A DNA stretch of 64,000 bases from Tubulanus polymorphus. Taxonomy: Eukaryota > Animalia > Nemertea. Both the position numbers and the translations under genes were made by a program. Positions 40,801 through 54,120 of the stretch are shown piece by piece. The stretch spans positions 14,371,807 through 14,435,806 of the forward strand of contig NC_134031.1 of the NCBI RefSeq assembly GCF_964204645.1. Reading direction: 5' to 3'. Under the pieces are notes generated by a model that made no database searches, was not told where the DNA came from, and worked only from the letters and a program-made list of their open reading frames with translations. How positions within the stretch are numbered: the stretch's first letter is position 1; every line of letters begins with the position of its first letter.

Positions 40801-43169
40801 CGCAGCCTCTGAGAGACCAATCAGAATATGTAAATGTTTCTCAGAGCTGACACTGACAGTCTTCAGGTAGTTGGAAACTCTCTCGAGAGCCTAACTCAGA
40901 GCTTAACCAGCATCACAAAACTATAGCATAATATTCGGCGAAATTTTTGTGTCTTCAAAACGGGAACTTTCTAAATCCCACCCGATGTTTCGTTCACTGT
41001 CTGAAAATTGATTATCAAATATAATTGCCACGACGGGAATGACGTCCTAAATTTACATTGTTGGCATTGTTGACGTAACGTTAATATCCGTCGGGTTGCT
41101 AATGATCTATACGCTACTGCGCATTCTGACGTTTAAATATCATATCGATGTTAATATCATTAACGTTGGTTGCGATACTGGCGCGTTGCGTACTGAGTTC
41201 GCAGCGCAGCAAATCATTCGAATACGTCATTCGGTTTACGGCTCGCTAACCGTAAAGTTGTCTGTTCGTATTCATCCGCCGCCGTCAGAGTTCGAGTAAT
41301 TTCGGGATTCGAACCCGAACAAACGTGATTTCAAACATCTGGTTTATTCACTTTTTTCTGAATATTGGTGATGTGATGTTGGGATATTGAGCAGATTATG
41401 GAAAAAAATTGTGATCAAATTTTATCGAAACTTGGTTATAGAAGTGTCTACTGGTATTTTGGTGCAACATCAAAATCGATACGGATTCAATAGAGAAATC
41501 TCTGGAAGCGGTTACTTGGATTTTAATCACGTTGAATTTGCTGACGGAAAAAAAGGACGATCGGGGAATATTATTTTTGTGAAATATTCGGCGGTAAGTA
41601 CCTGGTGAATACTGCTTAAACAATACCAAAAAATTTCCTGACTAATTACAAAACTGTTAAGTTTTGCGCGGCCGGTATCAAGCCCGTATCACCAGCGTGC
41701 CCGTTCTGTAAGATTAAGAAGGTGCCATGAACAGATTGAATTTGGTGACTTTACCTTTGAAAATCATTATAATTTTCTGTACGTTCTAAAAAGGTGGCAC
41801 GAACGGAACTTTGTGAGTGGGCCCGTTAACCTCAAAACTATTCTCTAACAAAGCATTTTGGGAACTAGCCTAACTATGAACTTTTTCTTATTTCTAATAC
41901 TGTCATTAGCGTTATTTCTTATAAACCCGTATAAGTACTCGCGGCCTCTAAAAAATCTTGTACAGCAATTTTGCTTTTTTTCAAATACGTATAGTCTGCA
42001 AAAGATTGTTCGTTGGAATATGTACCAAATAGGAGAAAATAACTGAAGTAAGTTAATTGAACGTTGTTAAAAGTTCGTATCTCGTTACAATGTGAAATTG
42101 ATGGGAACCAATTGAAGTGTGATATTGTATACTATGTACTTTGCCAAGTATGACAGATGTTTCGAGAACTATATCTTATCGTTGGTCCAGTAACGTATAT
42201 TGAGATCATTCACCATTTATCAAAATTGTGATAATAATATCAAGCTATAAACCGATCGGTTTACCAACGAGATATGTACGAGATAAGTGAGTTGATAATT
42301 GTAGTAATTTTAGGTGAGTTTGACAGAAATAGGGAGAGGGAGGGAGAAAGGAGAGAGGAAGAGGACAGAGAAGGAGGAGAGGGGCTATGAGAGAGGGGGA
42401 GTGGAAAGGGAGAGGAGCGAGGGGTTGAAAGGGAGAGGGGGAGGGAGAGGGGAGAGGGGGAGAAGAGGGTGGGAGGGTGAGAGGGAGAAAAGAGAGGTGA
42501 ATGGAAGAAGAGAGGTGAGAGGGAGAGTAGAGAGGCGAGGGGAGAAGAATAGAACAGGGGTGAGAGGGCGAGAAGAGAGACGAGAGGGAGAGAAGAGAGG
42601 GGAGTGGGAGAGAAGATAGGGGAGTGGCAGGGAAGATGGAGAAAATATGGAGAGGAGAGAGAGAAAAACGACATTGACAATTGACAATTATGGAGTTAAT
42701 GGGTGCGACACGAAAGTGGAGATAGCCGAGATAGAGAAGAGAGAGTAGAGAGAATGGAAGAGAGTGATGAAGAGAAGGGGAGGTTAGTTGTAATTCACAC
42801 GGGGTTACCCGATAAATCGTGCAAGTCGAGTATAGACTAGAGATAAACGCCTCAATAGTTTATTTAATGGATTTGTAGTTCTATCAAATATTGTCACAGT
42901 CTGAAACTGTGAGATCGATATCTCAGAAGCCTGATGCCGCGCACTGCCGCGACGTACACCGTATACACCGTGACACGTGAACTATTATTGAGGATTTTGT
43001 TATTAACGACATAATTCTCAGTCCATTCCGTTCGACAGTTATAAAGTTTACTCCGATTCACCGAGAATATTCGGATCGTTGTCACCGACCGTATGAACGC
43101 AGTATGGGGGTGTTTCGGGAATTTCTGAACTTCCACGATGATGAATTTTTTTAGGATTGAAAGTCGAAA

Positions 43170-43830
43170 GGTTTATCCCACGCTAGTATTGATGGAAAAC
43201 ACAAAAAATTTTATTTTGAGCTAATAATTCATTCCACGTTTCGACTAGATCTTTGATCATCTTCGGTTTATCTTTTGGTACGATTAAAGATGTAAAATGC
43301 CACACTAAGAATGGAAAACAAAGCCCTGAATGTTTCCTTGAGCTAGTAGCAGTTTCGACATTGATAAAACACTATTATCCGTGTTGTGGAGATAATATTT
43401 AGAGAATTCTACAATAATGAAGAAATCGGAATCTGTTTTTCGTTATGAGAATCTCTCTAGCAGTTTTCCGCGGTTAATAATGTAAAATCCTACGCCAAGA
43501 ATGGATGATAAAGCATACTTGCAGTCATTCAGGAATACTTAACTTACTGAGGATGACAATTAGGATATCGTCGAACCGTTGAAGAAACCATTTCAACGAA
43601 CGGATTTTATTCTTTTTCGGATTTTATTCTATCAATTCTCGTGCGGAAACCCACAACACGGACTCAGAGTGCTTATATTGTGTGGGATGTTAGATATCAT
43701 CCCACAACATGGACTCAGAGTGCTTATGTAGTGTGGGATGTTATATATCATCCCACAAAATGGAATCAGAGTGCTTATATAGTGTGGGGTGTTATATATC
43801 ATCCCACAACACAGAGTGCTTTCTTTCATA
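43170..43830. mobile_element. Third locus of the hammerhead-repeat family, with derived 51-bp minisatellite
   Basis: Minus core ~43230-43268 (CGAAGA-TGATC...GTC-GAAAC-GTG); partial minus unit ~43290-43360; plus core 43547-43584 (CTGAGGA-TGAC...GTC-GAACC-GTT); then ~4 copies of cccacaacacggactcagagtgcttatattgtgtgggatgttagatatcat. Confidence 0.6.
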
Positions 43831-46208
43831 AATAGTTTCTACAGTATTGTATGTTAGCATTAAATTTATCAATCTACGATAATATTCGGAACTACCTCCC
43901 TTAAACAATTAACCTTATATCTATGTTTCTTGGCCCCCATGCCATTTATGTAAATAGTAACAACAGTGTTAATTTTTGCTTTTTTACTACTTATCTATTT
44001 TTCCATTTTGTTACATTGCTACTATGTTTGAATAAGGAAAGAACTTTAGTCATTAATCATTCATTAATTATATGATTACGCATTCTATTAGAAAACGCCT
44101 GATCGTTTCAGTAGTTCACGCTATATAGATATTATAGCGCAGTTTGTATATGCGATCAGCGCCGTTAATAGTTCAGACTTAAGTAGAAAGGATGGGCATT
44201 AAAACCTCTTAATAATCGATCAAATGATGATGTCTGCTTTATAAACTTAATGGATAAATCTCTAAAAACCTGAATAGAGAACGAAGCGACTCTGGTTGAG
44301 TATCAATTTTCGATACAGCAGCAATAGCAGCCGCAGTCCCAACTGACGCAGCCGATGACGAAATCACGACAATAGACTTCCACAACCTTTATTAAGAGCT
44401 GTTTCCGAAGTTTTTAACGACTGGCTTGTTGAATTCCGGAGGGTTTATAGAACCATACGCCAAACTCCCAAATCGTTATTGAATACATAATTTTCATACA
44501 AAAGCTGCCATCTTGAATCACGCAAGATTGTGATGAAATCACGCGAGACTTTGGATACAGGAACCGACCCCAAAGCGGTGGCGGCCATCTCGGGTTGGGT
44601 GAGATTTTGATCATATTCAGATGGCGAAATGTCAAGTACGAACTATTTCGTCAAAGTTTCACATTAAATCCAAGATGGCTGCTTTAGATCTCCTGAAACC
44701 CGACGACTTAAACGATAAATGTATAATATTGATAACTTTTTAGCCTTTGAAGAAAAACCCACGATTGTTTAGAAAAACGCCTTAAGGAAACTAACTAACT
44801 GAACAGTTTGTCACAATACCGGCAACGCTACAGTGGCAATTCAAATAAACTTTTCCCATGGTAAATAAATTTTCAGTGAAATCTATACCATTGTCACCCT
44901 GGTATAAGTCACACATTTCATAATCATATATATCTACAATTTCATAAGATTCCTACATATAAGATTAACTGCCTTAATGTTCCTGGTGACAATTTTCGGA
45001 TTTGGCAGCCTAAGAATCGAGTTCAGATGTCTTCGAAAATTGACTGATTTTCACTACGAATAATTACCCAGTGTTTTGTTGCGCCATCTGGTGAGTGCCG
45101 GTATCCCATTCTCTGAGCCATTCTAAGGAAATTCTGGAAACGTCACAACTCGCATTATTTCACTTTCATAATTGCGGGTTTTCCTTCAATTTGAGATACA
45201 GACAGTTCAGTATAGACAGTCAATTTTCTAATGCAAAAAAATTAACTGAATATTTTCAGGAAGGGACTTGTGAACGCGGTGAAGTTTCGTCGATATTCTA
45301 GACTAACCACTCGTGGACTGGCAGACAAACGCAGCAGCATCACGATTCATTTGAGTATCAGAACTGTCCCGCTCAGACGAGCGCGCACACAGATTGAAGG
45401 CACACCACTGAGATTGGTTGAGAATGACCTACCATCGCTGTTGACTAGATAAACGCGCACACCGTTTAATCTGCTGGTTAATGCACACCACTGATGATCG
45501 AAGATTAACGCAAACGCCTGATCAGTTAGTAAACGCTCACTTGGTGTTATCAGTTAGTAAAGGCACACATGCGATCAGTCAGTAAAGGCGCACCTTCAAT
45601 ACCAGGAAACAAAGTTCGAGCGTTTTAGTGAAAATCTATCATAACGGAATTTTCTACGCGTAAATTCTGTGTCGACAGTTTCTTTTTATTGTACTGTACG
45701 CCTCGTCACTGCCTTCACAGCAGTGGTAATTAAAGGAATTTTAGATATCGAAAATTTCACTGCAGTTATTAGAATTGTAAGAGGATATTATACCCGGTAA
45801 ATGTGATGCTTCGAAGCGCGAACTAGGAAACCGGAATAGTCCGAACTAGGAAACCGGAATAGTCCGTTCTATGAGACCAAAATAGTCCGATCTAGAAAAA
45901 CCGTTGCGGTGCACGGATAGTTCCATTTATACGCCGTATACATGGTAATTACCGTAAGGTATAAAAAGTGTAAATAATTGTTATTACAGTAAGGTGGCGC
46001 CGCAATTGACTGTCGTTGTCATACAGCTACACAAACTCGCGTCAGCAATAGGATTACATTATCTATCTATCTTACGTTGAATATGGGATCGTACTAAATT
46101 ATCCCTCAATGAATCGTTCAACAGACGAAACGACGTAGCGGTATTTCCGTATTTGTATATATATTTTGAATACAGTACATTTGAACAGAAATTCGTAAGC
46201 GCACCGCC

Positions 46209-47447
46209 ATGACGTCCAATCTGACCGATTTGACAGTGGGCGCTTTAGATCCGGCGCTACACGATCTCTACGGCCAGTATAACTTCAGCGGAGACTACGA
46301 ACCGGACGCCGTGACCGATTCACCACCGTCTACGCACTACTGGGGCGCGGCGGAATTGAACACTTTTTCTAACTGGTATCGTCATTACCACGGTTTCATA
46401 GCCGCTATCGTCTGCGTGTTCGGGATAATCGCTAACGGATTCAACGTGATCATTCTCACTCAGCGGAACATGCAATCGGCTACAAATTTCATCCTGACCG
46501 CCCTAGCCGTCTCCGATGGTTTAACAATGGCTGCGTATTTCCCGTTTGCCCTCTATTACTACTGTATCTACGGTCCCGATGCTTCTCCGACCCGAGACAC
46601 TCAAGGCGCCGCGTACTTTCTACTGTTTTACGTTTTTTGGAGCGTCGTCATGCACAGCATTTCGATATGGCTGACAGTGACCTTGGCGTTGTTTCGTTAC
46701 ATATTTATAAAATACCCGCCGCGTGGCGCCACTGTATGCAGCATGCAGCGAGCTAAATTGGCCGTATTTCTGACTGTTCTAGCCACCGCTATCGTTCTCA
46801 TACCAAACTATATCAGTCATAAAGTCGAATGCTTTCCGGCTTCGAACGTGACAAATCGAACCGGTGAAATTCACACGGTTATACTCGCCAAAAAAACTGA
46901 AACGGAAATTATCATTTTCAGCGTTACGTTCTGGGTGACGGCCATCTTGGTTAAACTGTTACCGTGCGCTATGTTGACTGTGTTGAGTATCTTACTGGTC
47001 CGGTGCATGCAGGAAGCGGAAAAACGTCGCATAAAACTACGCAACCAATCAAAACTGATTCAACGTGAGGGCGACGACGATCGTTCGGACCGGAGGACGA
47101 ACCGGACCACTAGAATGTTACTAGCTGTCGTAGTCCTATTCCTTATATGCGAGCTTCCGCAGGGTTTGCTTAACTTACTAAGCGGCCTGTTACCGACATT
47201 TTACGAAGACATTTCGAGTCCTCTCGGTGATCTGTTAGATATATTAGCCCTGTTTAATAACGGTATCAATTTCATTCTATATTGCACCATGAGTAAGCAG
47301 TTTAGGGACACGTTCTGCGCCGTTTTCCTCAAACCGGTACAAGTACGTCACAGCGAGAATGGCAGGGGGCGCTTTACGCTTGTGCCGAATAATAACTCGG
47401 TTGCTAACACTGCGACAACGATGGTAACGCGTACCTCGGATGTTTGA
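46209..47447 (+). CDS. Class A neuropeptide GPCR, myosuppressin receptor/DMSR-like (sex peptide/FMRFamide receptor group), intronless CDS, 412 aa
   Basis: Seven hydrophobic segments. TM1 HGFIAAIVCVFGIIAN; TM2 NFILTALAVSD; TM3 HSISIWLTVTLALFRY (FRY in place of DRY); TM5 KLLPC; TM6 RTTRMLLAVVVLFLICELPQG; TM7 NNGINFILYCTMSKQFR. N-terminal sequons; strong Kozak context gccATG. Confidence 0.95.
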   Translation: MTSNLTDLTVGALDPALHDLYGQYNFSGDYEPDAVTDSPPSTHYWGAAELNTFSNWYRHYHGFIAAIVCVFGIIANGFNVIILTQRNMQSATNFILTALAVSDGLTMAAYFPFALYYYCIYGPDASPTRDTQGAAYFLLFYVFWSVVMHSISIWLTVTLALFRYIFIKYPPRGATVCSMQRAKLAVFLTVLATAIVLIPNYISHKVECFPASNVTNRTGEIHTVILAKKTETEIIIFSVTFWVTAILVKLLPCAMLTVLSILLVRCMQEAEKRRIKLRNQSKLIQREGDDDRSDRRTNRTTRMLLAVVVLFLICELPQGLLNLLSGLLPTFYEDISSPLGDLLDILALFNNGINFILYCTMSKQFRDTFCAVFLKPVQVRHSENGRGRFTLVPNNNSVANTATTMVTRTSDV

Positions 47448-47799
47448 CTACCAGGTGGCGCTACCGGCGTACAACCGGAACCGTGATGGATAAATGCCGC
47501 TTTGTGATTGATGGTCGCGTGACGGATAGTTGACCAATCGGGGTTTCTAAAATGTGTTTTGCATGAAACCTCCATGAAATCTGTATTGTGTCTCGTGAAA
47601 CGAGGTATCAGATCAGTGATTGATACATGTATATACTAGTCAGGTGTGGGAACCTAGAGTCGTTATCTATATCAGCACGAATCATGTGCTTCTTAGCCAT
47701 AAAAATAAGGAATATTGATATAACTGAAATGTCGCGGTATCTATATTGAAATGAATACTGTACATAAACTTTATTTAATTTGTCCGGTCAAATAACCTT

Positions 47800-47968
47800 A
47801 AGTGGTCAATTGGTCAGTTCATACATTAACGAGCGTCCATGTGGGATCACGTGAGAAGTGGTCAGTTGGTCAGTTCATTAACAGGCGGCTATGTTGGATC
47901 ATGTTAGGAATGGTCAGTTGATCAGTTCATACATTTACGTAACGGCCATGTTGGATCACACGTGAGAT
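47800..47968. repeat. ~55-bp tandem repeat, 3 copies, downstream of the GPCR
   Basis: gtggtcagttggtcagttcatacattaac...ccatgttggatcacgtgaga. Confidence 0.8.
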
Positions 47969-49554
47969 TGCGGTGAGATTACGCGTGACTTTGAAAAATT
48001 GGCAGCTGCTCAGCGCCAACCATTTAGCATCCTCTCATCAAAATCCAAAATAGCAGTTTTGAACTGGAGTATGTAATGTAACACTGAATGCTACGGGTGC
48101 ATGTAGAATGTATTGAAAGAGTGCTTGAGCATTTTTTAGTTTTTTTTTTGTTTTTGTTTTGCGAGTCGAGCACTTTAACGAGATATGATGGTTATTGATT
48201 GAGTGGTGTTTGCAAGTGTGTTCACGCATGCGCATGGGTTAACAATTAGGAAAATATGTCCACATATAAATATGCAGTAAAGCGATTCCTAGTACGGTGT
48301 ATTAATCTGACCAAATAATTTGCCAGGGGCTGTTGTTGACACACAAAGTGTCCCGACTAGCCAGAGAGAAACAGTTAATAACAAAGAAGTCTTACAGTTT
48401 GAGAACACACAAATTAAACGCCACATATCATCTTACCATATTTACGCACATTTCGCCAGCCATCGAGGTTGTTGCAATTAAATTGTGTCTCCGCGGCAAC
48501 GAGTATCGATTTTCAATGTCACTCGTTTGCTTTTCAGTTGTTTAATTCTGTCTGCGAGTGTGTGTGTTTTTGCAGTTTTTGACGGATGATTGCGGGTTGA
48601 GAAATGTAAGAACTCTTTTTCAATTTCAAGGAGCACCTCAGAGCGTATGTTTTGTAAGAAAATGATGTTTTGTAGGATTTAGAATGGATAGATGATGAGA
48701 GAGCCCAGCGCCCCTAACGGATCTTCGATTACCATGAGTATTAAGTCCTATCTTGCTGTCGACGTTTTCACTGATTCGTCAACTGAAATACTGCTAGGTC
48801 TATGAACATTTATTCTGTTAGTTTTCGCTGACAGGAATCGCAAACGCTACTGTGGTAATCGAGGATTTCTCCGGGTTCACCCTGAGTTCCCGTGTCTTCA
48901 GGTTTAAATTCTAAATTTCAGTTAAAATCGAATGGACGTTTCTCATACGTAAATCAATGATTAACGAGAACTTTTCCAATCATTAAGTACAAAACTGAAA
49001 TATACTTTGATAATTTATGTATTCGGAAGCCTGAAATTTCAGTTTAAAAGCTGATAGACAAATCAATTTAGATGACTATGACCGTGTGCTCGTCAGGCCA
49101 TCTGGCGGGTTGCCGATGGGGTTAAAATTGCTATTTGTGGTTTTGTTAGCTGTTTAGTGTGGAAAGTGTGGAATATTGGCTTAAGTGTGTAATGTGGAAT
49201 GTGAGGGTGTGGAAAGTTGTAGTGTTGAGAGAGAGTGAGAGTTTGTGTTAAAATGATTGAGTATCTGTCGTGAGAATGCGCGCAGTTTATGGAAAATGTG
49301 TCCAATAGAAATTGATTTCATTTAATGAGATTGATACTTAGATTGATTATTGATTGAATTATTGATTTTTTATAGATTGGGTGAATAAATTGAATTGAAT
49401 TGATTGATCGATGTTTGTCGAGTGTTTAGTTCATGTTTTGATCGATAGATAGCGCTGATTGGTGTACGCGGTTTTTTCGAGTGATTGGATTGGATTGATT
49501 TGAATGATTGCGGTTGATTTTTGTAAGCGCTTGGTTTTGAATGAAAGAAAGGAT

Positions 49555-50170
49555 CAATTGACCATTACACTAGACCAGTCATCTGACCCTTACACCAGAC
49601 CGGTTAACTGACCCTTGCTCCAGACCGGTTAACTGACCCCTAGACCGGTCAACTAATCCTTACACTAGACTAGTCAACAGACCCTTACACTAGACTGGTC
49701 AACTGACCGCTACACTAGACCAGTCAACTAATCCTTATAGTATACTAGTCAACTGACCCTTAAACACTAGACTGGTCAACTGACCCTTAAACACTAGACT
49801 GGTCAACTGACCCTTACACCAGACCAGTCAACAGACCCTTACACTAGACTGGTCAACTGACCGCTACACTAGACCAGTCAACTGATCCTTATAATATACT
49901 AGTCAACTGACCCTTAAACACTAGACTGGTCAACTGACCCTTAAACACTAGACTGGTCAACTGACCCTTACACCAGACCAGTCAACTGACCCTTACACCA
50001 GACCAGTCAACTGACCCTTACACTAGACTGGTCAACTGACCCTTTCACCATACCAGTCAACTGACCCTTACACTAGACTAGTCAACAGACCCGCATATTA
50101 GACTGGTCAACTGACCCTTTCACTGGAGTGATTAACTGAACGTCTCCAATACATTGGACTGGTCAACTTT
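49555..50170. repeat. 25-27-bp minisatellite
   Basis: actagactggtcaactgacccttac, >20 copies. Confidence 0.92.
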
Positions 50171-51237
50171 CTCTCTCCGCGATCAACTGAATTTAAATAA
50201 TGGTTCGTCTAATATGAAATAACTTGTTGGAGTCAGAATGAATGAAAAGGCGATTAACGTCGTCTTTCCTATCGATGAATTGTTTTATAAAATCAAAATA
50301 ACATTATTGAAACGATGTTTTTTGTCCCAAAGGAAATGAAACATGAACTGATCGACGGAATCTTCGAGACATTGTTCCCGCGTATATTATATTATATGTA
50401 TCTGGTGCGATACACTTGGTCAGTGTTTTGTTCGTTAAACTGAATATTCTGTAAACATATCGATAAACGATGCTATTAACTTCGTGAAGCTGTTCACTGT
50501 CCGCAACAGGCGCGATTTATATCAGAATAATTGCTTTCATTTGTTTAGAGAGTATAGCGAAACTAAAATCACAAGACTTGAGTCTTTAGAACTCAAATGG
50601 TTTTATACGGGCACGACTGTACAACTGGCTCCAGGTTTCAGCGGTACGATCGGGCGACAGTCTTACAGTCGTGGTTTTTGTAGCTACAGAACTGACACGG
50701 TCTTGTTCGTGTACCGGCGCCAGTTCCACAGTCATGGCTAGATTTCAGACCAGTCTAAAGCCGTTGCCAATCCGTAGCCGATCTATCAGATTAAGACCAG
50801 GCCTAGGATTTGAGACAACGTTAGGTCTTTAGTTACGACTGTTCAACTAAAACCTCGGCTCTGGTGTTCAATTGTTCTTGTTGGATCGTTAAGTTATTCA
50901 ATAGATGAAGTATATACATGTTATTGAAACTATTTCTGTTTTCAAAATTCTTCAAAGGATAGATAAGGATTACGGGGGGTGTATCTAGCCAAGAATATAT
51001 CTAATATAATAATTTGTTGATTTCTAATACTATTTGTAATCGTTAGAAATAGATGAAATCATTAACATTACGGTGGCCAAAATAAAGCATCGATTTAATC
51101 AACACACGCATCTATTGTCGCCATTCTAAACCATAGGTCGAGATAGATGTTTGTCGATACTTAGTGCAACCGGAACCGGAAGTATCGGTTGTATAAAAAG
51201 TTGTTCGGAACAGGTTCGGGTAGTACATGTGTCATAG

Positions 51238-51240
51238 TTA

Positions 51241-51314
<74 letters not shown>

Positions 51315-51372
51315 GTTATTATCATTATTATTATTATTATCATTATTATCATTATTATTATTATTATTATTA
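51238..51372. repeat. (ATT)n microsatellite
   Basis: Direct reading. Confidence 0.97.
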
Positions 51373-52616
51373 ATCCATAATTACCAATCAACCTGTTATC
51401 GTATTATAGTTTGTAAATACATTAAATCAATTAATCCATTGATTAACGAATTAATTTTATTAAGATTTCTATACGAGTTTGATTATGATGACGTCATGAT
51501 TATTCTACAAAAAAAATTCAATATAATAAAATTCGCATGATATTTTTATCAAAAAAATTGTCGTTACATGTTTTGCTGATTTGAAGTTGATACTGATACT
51601 GATACTTTCGGTTGCATGCGAGTCAAACACAATTCACGAAGACAGGACAAAATCATCTGTCAGTGATCTTTTTGAATTTGATGCGGATACACACGTGCCC
51701 ACCCAGACTCCATAAGAGAAGAAGATTAAAGTCATAACATCGAAAAATCTGTTTTCGATAGTGCAAAAATTCTAGACGACGTGTATTTGTAAATATAGTT
51801 GTATATCATCTCAGTCGCGTACGGTTTAATATTTTTGCTTAAGGATCAAGTGAAGCCTATTCATCAACATTATAATTATGATCTCATTCAATAGAGAACT
51901 AACCCATATACCAGTAATAAGTAACACTGAACTTAAATGAATATGTGCGTTTGAAAAATGAATATCGGGTGAGCGAAATTTCTGGACGCGCACTGACTAT
52001 TTGTTTGTATATCAACATAAAACTAGAAATTTGCGCTTGCTTGAATTCATCATGTAGCCCCTATTATGTCATCATCGGCGCCATGTACATGGGTGTCAGA
52101 CGAACTACGCGATGTGAAAAAAAACTTCAAATCGACACTTTTCAATCACTTATATTTCAGTAATCCATCACTCATTACACTTAAACTTTCTCAACAATGA
52201 TAATTATGTATTCATGTAACATAATCCATCGTTGAAAAAAAATCTATTTTGGGCTACACTTGATCTTTAAAGAGATTTCAATGTTGAACTTAAAAGACGT
52301 CGATCGAGTTTCTTCGAAACAGTTGTTGAAATTGATTAGTTTTCCAGACGTCGATTCTTCCCTCCGGATTCTCCTCTCCGCGCCTGCTTCAGACTAAAGC
52401 TTTCAAAAATTGACTTCAAAACACATCTTTCTGTATAAGTGAGATAACTGTTTGCAGTTACGGTGGATAGAGAGGACTGGTCTGTAGAAAGGGAGAGGAC
52501 TGGTCGGTAGAAAGCGAGAGGGCTGGTTGCTTCAGAGGTAAGAGAGTGGTTGATATAGAGGACTGGCATCAGATGAGGTGGAAGGCTCATAGAGGCTGCT
52601 ACCTAAGGATCAGTGT

Positions 52617-52858
52617 CAGGTGCGGATCCATGGGAGGGTCCAGGGGTGCACACCCGCTTCTAAAATGTCAAGTTGTCCTGAAATTTAACGAAAAATGAAA
52701 AACGATGAATTGATACCTAAAAAGTTGAAATTCATAAGCTTGTTCTCTGTATTTCCAAAAATGAGTCATGTTTTCTGTCTTTTTCGGGTGCACTTTTAAA
52801 AATATGCCCTGTTTTGACAGTGCACCCCTCCCTGTATCAGACCCTATGTCCGCCCTTG
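52617..52858. mobile_element. hAT-like MITE (CAGGGGCGGATCC-type termini)
   Basis: caggtgcggatcc...gggtgcac / gtgcaccc...gtccgcccttg. Related remnants at ~3110-3304 and ~20495-20763. No clear TSD. Confidence 0.5.
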
Positions 52859-53189
52859 AATGTTAGTTTGGTTTTTTTTTTCAGGAAAAACGAGTTGCTT
52901 TATTTCATGTATGTGGCGGAAATGAATTAAATTTTGATAAAGATGTATTATTGATACGCACGCCATCTAGCGGAATATATATTCGGAATTCACCATTGAG
53001 TAGCAGTCTAATCATAACTCTGTGATACTGGGATACAGTTTGAAACACTTTTAGTACGTTGTAATCAAATATTGCTTATAACAGCTTTGATATTTCGTAT
53101 ATGCTTAGGAGCAAATCACTTATTTGTCTGTGAGTATGTAAGATTTTGATTCTCCATCTCTGCGATAACCCCCATCTGTTATAAATCTC

Positions 53190-53280
53190 TCCCTTCCTTC
53201 CCTCCCTCCCTCCCCTCCCTCCCCTCCCTCCCTCCCTCCCTCCCCTCCCTCCCTCCCTCCCTCCCTCCCCTCCTCCCTCT
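53190..53280. repeat. (CCCT)n microsatellite
   Basis: Direct reading. Other GA/CT-rich tracts at ~14490-14700, 23165-23340, 32220-32385, 40055-40385 and 42330-42660. Confidence 0.95.
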
Positions 53281-54022
53281 AGTGTATAGTAGCTTCACTG
53301 CAACTATATTTCAAGGCCACTCGATGTTGATTCCTAATTTCTAATCCTAATTTTTTTCAAAATATGACGAGGCCAGCGAATTTTATTTTCATCCAAATTT
53401 TACAAAGAAAGCTTTCGACAAACCATTACGGCCATTCACGGAGGCTGTACGACCTTGAGTTCCATCAGTGATAACACTTAACGAGTACATCAGCAAGAAA
53501 TTTTCAAAAGACGACTGATAAACGTCGTTGCGCGATGCGTGCAGAAAAAAAAGAGAGACAAGATGCTATTTCTCGGAAGAGCGCAATTTATTTTTTACGT
53601 TTACGCGCTCGGTTTTCGGAACTTATCAGAAACTAGGAATCAACATTGAGTGGCCTTATATGGATAGTGTAGAAACATTCGGCCCACTACGACTACCATC
53701 AGACACAATTTAAAATGTCACAGCTGTTGATATATGAGATGGTCCCATTTACTATCATTTGTTATGTCACTAACAAACCTTTTCTCATCTCATTTCACCA
53801 CATTCCATTTGTAATTCCCCATTTTCATATCATGGGTTCATCCCCTCTTTTGAGTACACCCTTTAAGGCTTCTTGTGCATCCCAGCACTGTAATTTCTGA
53901 AATTTATTACTGAAAATATATTATATATGTTAATTAATTCTGTAGGTATATATTTGTAACTACAGTGCAAAATAAATATATTCAATTCAAATATATATTC
54001 AAATGATTACTCCAAGAACAAA

Positions 54023-54120
54023 CACCAGTCACGCCTGCCGGGCACCAGTCACACTTGCCGGGCACCAGTCACACCAGCCGGGCATCAGTCACACCTGCCG
54101 GGCAACAGTCACACCTGCCG
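54023..54120. repeat. 20-bp tandem repeat, 5 copies
   Basis: caccagtcacacctgccggg. Confidence 0.9.
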
